A DNA stretch of 64,000 nt from NCBI GenBank assembly GCA_004431415.1, contig QPMI01000096.1, positions 140,114-204,113 of the forward strand. The letters run 5' to 3'. The stretch comes from Cyanophora paradoxa CCMP329 (taxonomy: Eukaryota > Plantae > Glaucophyta). The notes below the pieces were generated by a model. It had not been told where the DNA came from and ran no database searches. It worked only from the letters and a program-made list of their open reading frames with translations. Below, piece after piece: positions 59,180 through 64,000 of this stretch. The translations under genes and the position numbers were made by a program. Position 1 is the first letter of the stretch, and each line of letters starts with the position of its first letter.

Positions 59180-59747
59180 TCGCCGTCGACGTCAACGTCG
59201 AATTCGAAGCTCGAGCTAAGCTTTAATTTTGATGCATGCTCCGCGGCGCGCGCGAATGCGCAGCGGCCGGCGCCTACGTGGGGTCGGTGCCCATGCGCGG
59301 CCATGCGCAGCGCTAGCTGCAGCCCGACGCCGGACGCAGCATGCGCAGTGGCACCGTCGGATCATGATCATCGGATCATGTCGGATCTTACTCGTTCGAC
59401 GATCGATATCGACGTCGGCGTCGGACAGGCTGCAGGCTGGCCGCGCGCGGCGCCCCTATACCGTCACGGTTTCCAAAGGGCTTCGAGCGTGCATTCTCAA
59501 AGAACAAGCTCAAGAACTGAAAGTGTACAAATCTACGCGGGGCATGTACAGGAATAATCTCAAGCGAAGTTCAAGCAATACGTGAGTGCCTAGCAGCACA
59601 ATATTAATGCTCAAGGCTATGCGAATAACCAACATAATCACTGTATATACGTATCTAAATTAAACCGTTACCGTACTACCAGGCCCTCCGGGCCGCATGC
59701 AACGCTAAGCGAACGCGGCAACTCTTCATCCTGGCCTACGACCGCCT

Positions 59748-62700
59748 TCAATTCCGGGAGATGATGTTCTGCTCGATGCAGAAGCGCCGCCGGAGGTTGA
59801 CCTCGCCCCGCGCGCAGGCGACGGCCGCAATCACGACGGGGATGAGGATGAAGTTGATCAGGTGCTGCGCGAGCCTGCGCGAGAGAGATCAGGATGAGAG
59901 AGAGAGGGGGGGGGGGGGCCGAGGGGCGCGGCGGGCACCGGAGGCCGCCGGCGGCGAGGATGACGTAGGCGGCGTAGAGGAGGTAGAGGCACGAGGAGCC
60001 GAGCGCGACGCGCGACGGGAGGTTGAAGGTCGACGCGACGAACGAGAGGTTCGCGAGCGCTGAGAGCTCGTTCCAGAACTGCGGGGGTACCCGTTTGTTT
60101 CGGAAGGGCGGGAGGGGGATGGAGGCAGGGGGGCACGGCTCCGCGGCACCTGCTCGGTCCAGTCCGGCCCGCTGGAATCGGTGACCGGTCCCGAGAAGCC
60201 GAGAATAACAGCCCGCAGCGAGGTGAGGCGCGCGAACTGCGGGCCGGCGGGCGAGCGGTCGTCGGTGAGGATCTAATCGTAGGGGGGTACAGCGCGCCGG
60301 CTCACCTGAGCGATAAGGAAGACGAGGGCGATGATCTTCGACCAGTGGGGGACCAGCACGCGGGGCCGGACCTGGAGCCAGGCAACGTCACGGGGGAGGG
60401 GAAGCTTGAAGGGGGGGGTCAAAGAGGGGGGGTACGACGCACGTATAGAACGACCGATCCCAATAGGAGGATCGCGCTGACGAGCCCGACCTGGAGTGCA
60501 GCAGGTTTATTTTCTGAGCTCGCACGCCGGGGGCACCGGTAGGGGTGCGGGGTACCTCGAAGATCCAGTCCCAGAGGGGGGGTCGACTCGAGTAGGGGTC
60601 GCTCAGCCCCGCGTACAGGTTCCCTATCACGTTCGAGGCGATGTAGACCACGGCCAGGGGTACGCACAAAAACCTCGCCCTGCGGGGGTACAGTGTCGGC
60701 GGGGGCCTCTCGGGGGGGGGGGGGGGGGGGGGTGTACCGGGCCCAGGCGAGGTCCGCGTAGAACGCCTGGAAGCGCGCCTCGAGCTCGGGCGGGTCGAAG
60801 GGGCTGCCCCGCAGGACCCACCTGGCCGCCCGGCGCAGCCAGGGAGGCTTCCGTCGGCGCTCGGCGGCGGTGGGGCCGTCGCCGTTGCCGTCGCCGGCGC
60901 TGTCGCCGGGGCCGGCGGGCGGCTCAGGGGCGCGCTGGGAGGGCGCCTTGGGGTCCGTGGGGGGGTACGGCAAATGCATCGGCCCTATGACTGCGTCGGC
61001 CAGGCCCCCGAAGCCTCCAGTGGAGGGCGGCTTCGCGGCTGGGGTCGGGCTACCCCGCCCGCTCGCCCCGCTGCCCCCCTCCCCGGATATAAGGAGCGGC
61101 GGCAGGGGGTACACGCGCGACTTGCGCTGCGAGCCGGCGGGGGCAGCCGCCGCCGACCCGTCGGGGGCGCCCTGCGGGCGGGCCGACCCCGTGAGCACGC
61201 GGCCCGCCATTCCTAAAGGCGGGGGGGGGGGGGGGGGGGGGGTACCGCGACGTCCAAGGAGGCCCGCGGGGCGTCGCGGTCGAGCCACAGGACGCGCCTG
61301 GCGCTCGCGGCCCCCCCGCTCCGGACCGAAGACCCGTCCGCGCCCGTCGTCTCGCTCCACGCCCCTGCGCGGATTCGAACCGGGGAGGCGTGGAGGGACA
61401 AGGGCAACAATCGCGGCGCGGACCGCCAACAGGGCCGACGGCGGGGGGGGCGGAGGCGCCTTCGTTCGCGAGTTCGGCTATGGCGAGGGCGGCGGCGGCC
61501 GCCTGCGGGCGCGCTGAGAAGAAGGGACGGAGGGGCGGGGGGCGGGAGGGGGGTACCTGCGTGGCCTCCAGGGGGGTACGAGCGGAGCGGGCAGAGGAGA
61601 GGAGGCGGACCGAGGTCCGCCGCACGTGCGCGTGCGCGTGCTCGGGGTACGCCAATTCGTCCTCAGAGGCGCTCGGGGAGCCTGGGATGGGGGGGAGGCG
61701 GAGGACGGGGGGCGGGGCCGGCGACTCGGCCCGGGGCCCGAGGGGCGTGACCGTTATCGGGGAGGGGGCGGCGGGGGGCGAGGCGAGCCCGCCGATGCCG
61801 CCCGTCCCCGGCTGCAGCGCGTGCACGACCAGGACCGACGCGGGCGGGGAGGTCATCGAGAGGGGGGGAGACAGCGTCGTCGAGGAGGCCTCCGAGCGGG
61901 GTACGGGGTTCGCCTGGTCGGCGGGGGCCGCATCCGCCCCCGCCCCCTCGCCCCCGCCGGCCCCGGGCCCGGCCCCGGCCTCGGCGTCGGTCTGGGCTCC
62001 CGCCTCCTGTAGCAGCTGTTCGAAGCCGGCAGCGCCCCGCACCAGCTGCGCGGCGTGATTTCTATGGATCACGCGGAGCGAACGAAGGGCCCGCGAGAAG
62101 CCCAAGGAAAAGGCTCACGTAAAGCTCCTCCCCTGCGCCTCCCGATCAGAAAGAGAAAAAAGAAGAAAAAACAGAAAGGAGGCATTAAAAGGAAGCTCAC
62201 AGAAGAGCTTGCGCTCGTTTCGGTCGCGGAGGTACGACGCGCCGCACGCGAGGAAGCCGCTGCGGCGACAGAAGGCGCGGGTCAGCATGGAGAGGAGGCG
62301 GGGAGCGGGGGAAGGGGAGAGGCGGCGTCGGGCGCCTGATGCCGCAGCTGGCCAGTGAGAGCCAAGAGAGGCCCCCGCGGCCCCCGCCGGCCTCGACGTA
62401 GGCCCCGGGTACGATGTATTCGAGGACCAGGAGGAACGAAATGATGACGGACACGTGGAAACCTGCGGGCGAGTTGGCTCCGTTCTTCGTTCGCCATGGG
62501 CGGGGCCTCGGGCGGCGTACGGAGCCCGAGGTAGGAGCAGGCGAGCCTGCGGGGGCGGGGTTACGCCCCCGCGTGAGATCACACGGGGTGGGATTGGAGG
62601 TGGGGGGCAAAGGGGGTACCAGAGGACGAGAATGGTGGTGAGGAGGAGGTGGGGGTAGTGGCCGACGAGGGCCTCGTACAGGCCGCGCTGCGGTGAGGGG

Positions 62701-63680
62701 TGGGGGTACCGTAATCACGAGGCGAACCGGAACGCCGTGCGGGAAGGCGAGGAGAGCTTAGCTTGAAGGGCGCACCTGCGAGAAGGAGAAGACGAGGAGG
62801 GCGAGGCAGGTTGCGTCCTCGAAGTGGCGGTTGAAGCGCGTGGGGAAGAGCGTGAGCGCGAAGAGGCCGCCCATAGACGCCACCACCAGCGCCAGCTGCG
62901 CCGGCCGGAATCAGAGGGCGGGGCCGGGTGGAAACGGGCGCGGGAGCCCCCCGCGCGCGCCTGAGACGCTCGGTAGAGCAGCGGCGCGCTGCTGAAGAGG
63001 ACGACGATCGAGGCGACGAGGCCCACGCCGCTGGCCCAGCGCGTCGTCTCCACCCGCCTCAGCGCGTTCACCAGCTGCCCCCGCCGCCGCCGCCGCCGTC
63101 AGCGAGCGATCGAGCGGCGCGCGGGGCCCGGGCGCGGCCGCCGGCTCGGCTCGGCTCGGCTCGGCTCGGCTCGGCTCGGCTCACTTTGTAGTGCTCCTCC
63201 AAGTCCACACCCGCATGCATCGCTGGGCCCGCTCGGGACGGCGCAGGAGCTGGAAGCTTCAAGCGCCGCACTGTGGAAGGGCGAGGTGAGGCGGGGCCTC
63301 GGGCGGCGGGGACTTGGGGGCTGCGAACCCGTGAGGGGCCCGCCGGGGCCGCCCCATGAGGAGCCGGAGTTGGCGCCCGCTGGCTCAAGCGCGGAGCCCG
63401 TGGCGGCGCGTCCCGCCGTGAACCGCAGGGAGTACCTGGCGCGTGGATGCAGGGACCCAGTCAGCGGCGCCGCGGCGCCGGCGGGCAGGCTGTGGCCCCG
63501 GCCCGCGGCCGGCCCGCGGCCGGCGCCTGTGGCGCGCGGCCCATTCGGCGCCGAGGCGTACCTTGAGCAGCTCGCAGCGAGCGGGGGCGGGCGGCCGCCC
63601 GAACCCCGCGATCCGCGCGACATTCGGCTAGACGACCGCAAAGCGCCGGCTGTCACGCTCTGGCTCTCGAGCGCGGCCAT
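59748..63680 (-). CDS. Polytopic membrane protein with two multi-TM cassettes separated by a long Pro/Ser-rich loop (adenylyl-cyclase membrane-anchor-like, no catalytic domain seen)
   Basis: Cassette 1 is preceded by 'YSLRF...DLEEHYK' and ends 'SYLRDRNERKLF'. Cassette 2 is preceded by 'FDPPELEARFQAFY' and ends 'VACARGEVNLRRRF'. Multiple hydrophobic exons; stop TGA 59748-59750. Confidence 0.6.
63143..63181. repeat. (CTCGG)n intronic microsatellite
   Basis: About 7 tandem GGCTC units. Confidence 0.85.
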
Positions 63681-64000
63681 TCAAGCGCGACTTTCGTCCT
63701 CCCGCGAGCCTTCGCCGGGCATCACCAGAGAGAGGTCGGCCTTGGCCGAAGAGCGGCCCGCCGCGCGTGCCCCATCAAGTGCGAGGCGGTGTGCGACGCG
63801 TTTGGGTCACGGCGGCCCGCGATTGCTGCACTAGCTAGCGGTTGCTGCTGTTGCTGCTGCTGCGCATGCGCATTCGATCCGGCGCCGGGCCGGGCGCCGG
63901 CTAGCGCGTGCTTGCCCGACAAATGCGCATGCATGCTCTGCTATAGCTAGCGCTGCCTCTGCATCCGAGATGAAAAAAATTAGGACTCGAAACACGAAGG

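Overview
Eukaryotic, very GC-rich, intron-dense genomic DNA with short GT/GC-AG introns and CTGAC branch points. The style is reminiscent of the glaucophyte Cyanophora, but that assignment is inference only. Six host genes are visible: (1) a 5'-partial, very large Cys-rich (TNFR/ephrin-receptor-like repeat) membrane protein; (2) a membrane-anchored subtilisin S8 protease with about 7 repeated beta-modules and Ser-Pro linkers; (3) a CPA2-type cation/H+ antiporter with an RCK-like domain; (4) a protein made of 7 copies of an unrecognised 4-Cys repeat; (5) a multidomain acetyl-CoA carboxylase missing most of its C-terminal carboxyltransferase lobe; (6) a 2x multi-TM protein resembling adenylyl-cyclase membrane anchors with no cyclase domain. 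Two MITEs with clean TIRs and target-site duplications are present (hAT-like and Tc1/mariner-pogo-like). The standout is an ~8.8 kb intron-free island (~38150-46995). It carries short, tightly packed ORFs with small AT-rich upstream islands, gene fragments fused in opposite orientations, and a ~60-aa piece that I recall as resembling the mirusvirus HK97-type major capsid protein. I read it as a scrambled endogenous large-DNA-virus (probably mirusvirus) element. Exon boundaries were read by eye and are approximate; no database searches were run.
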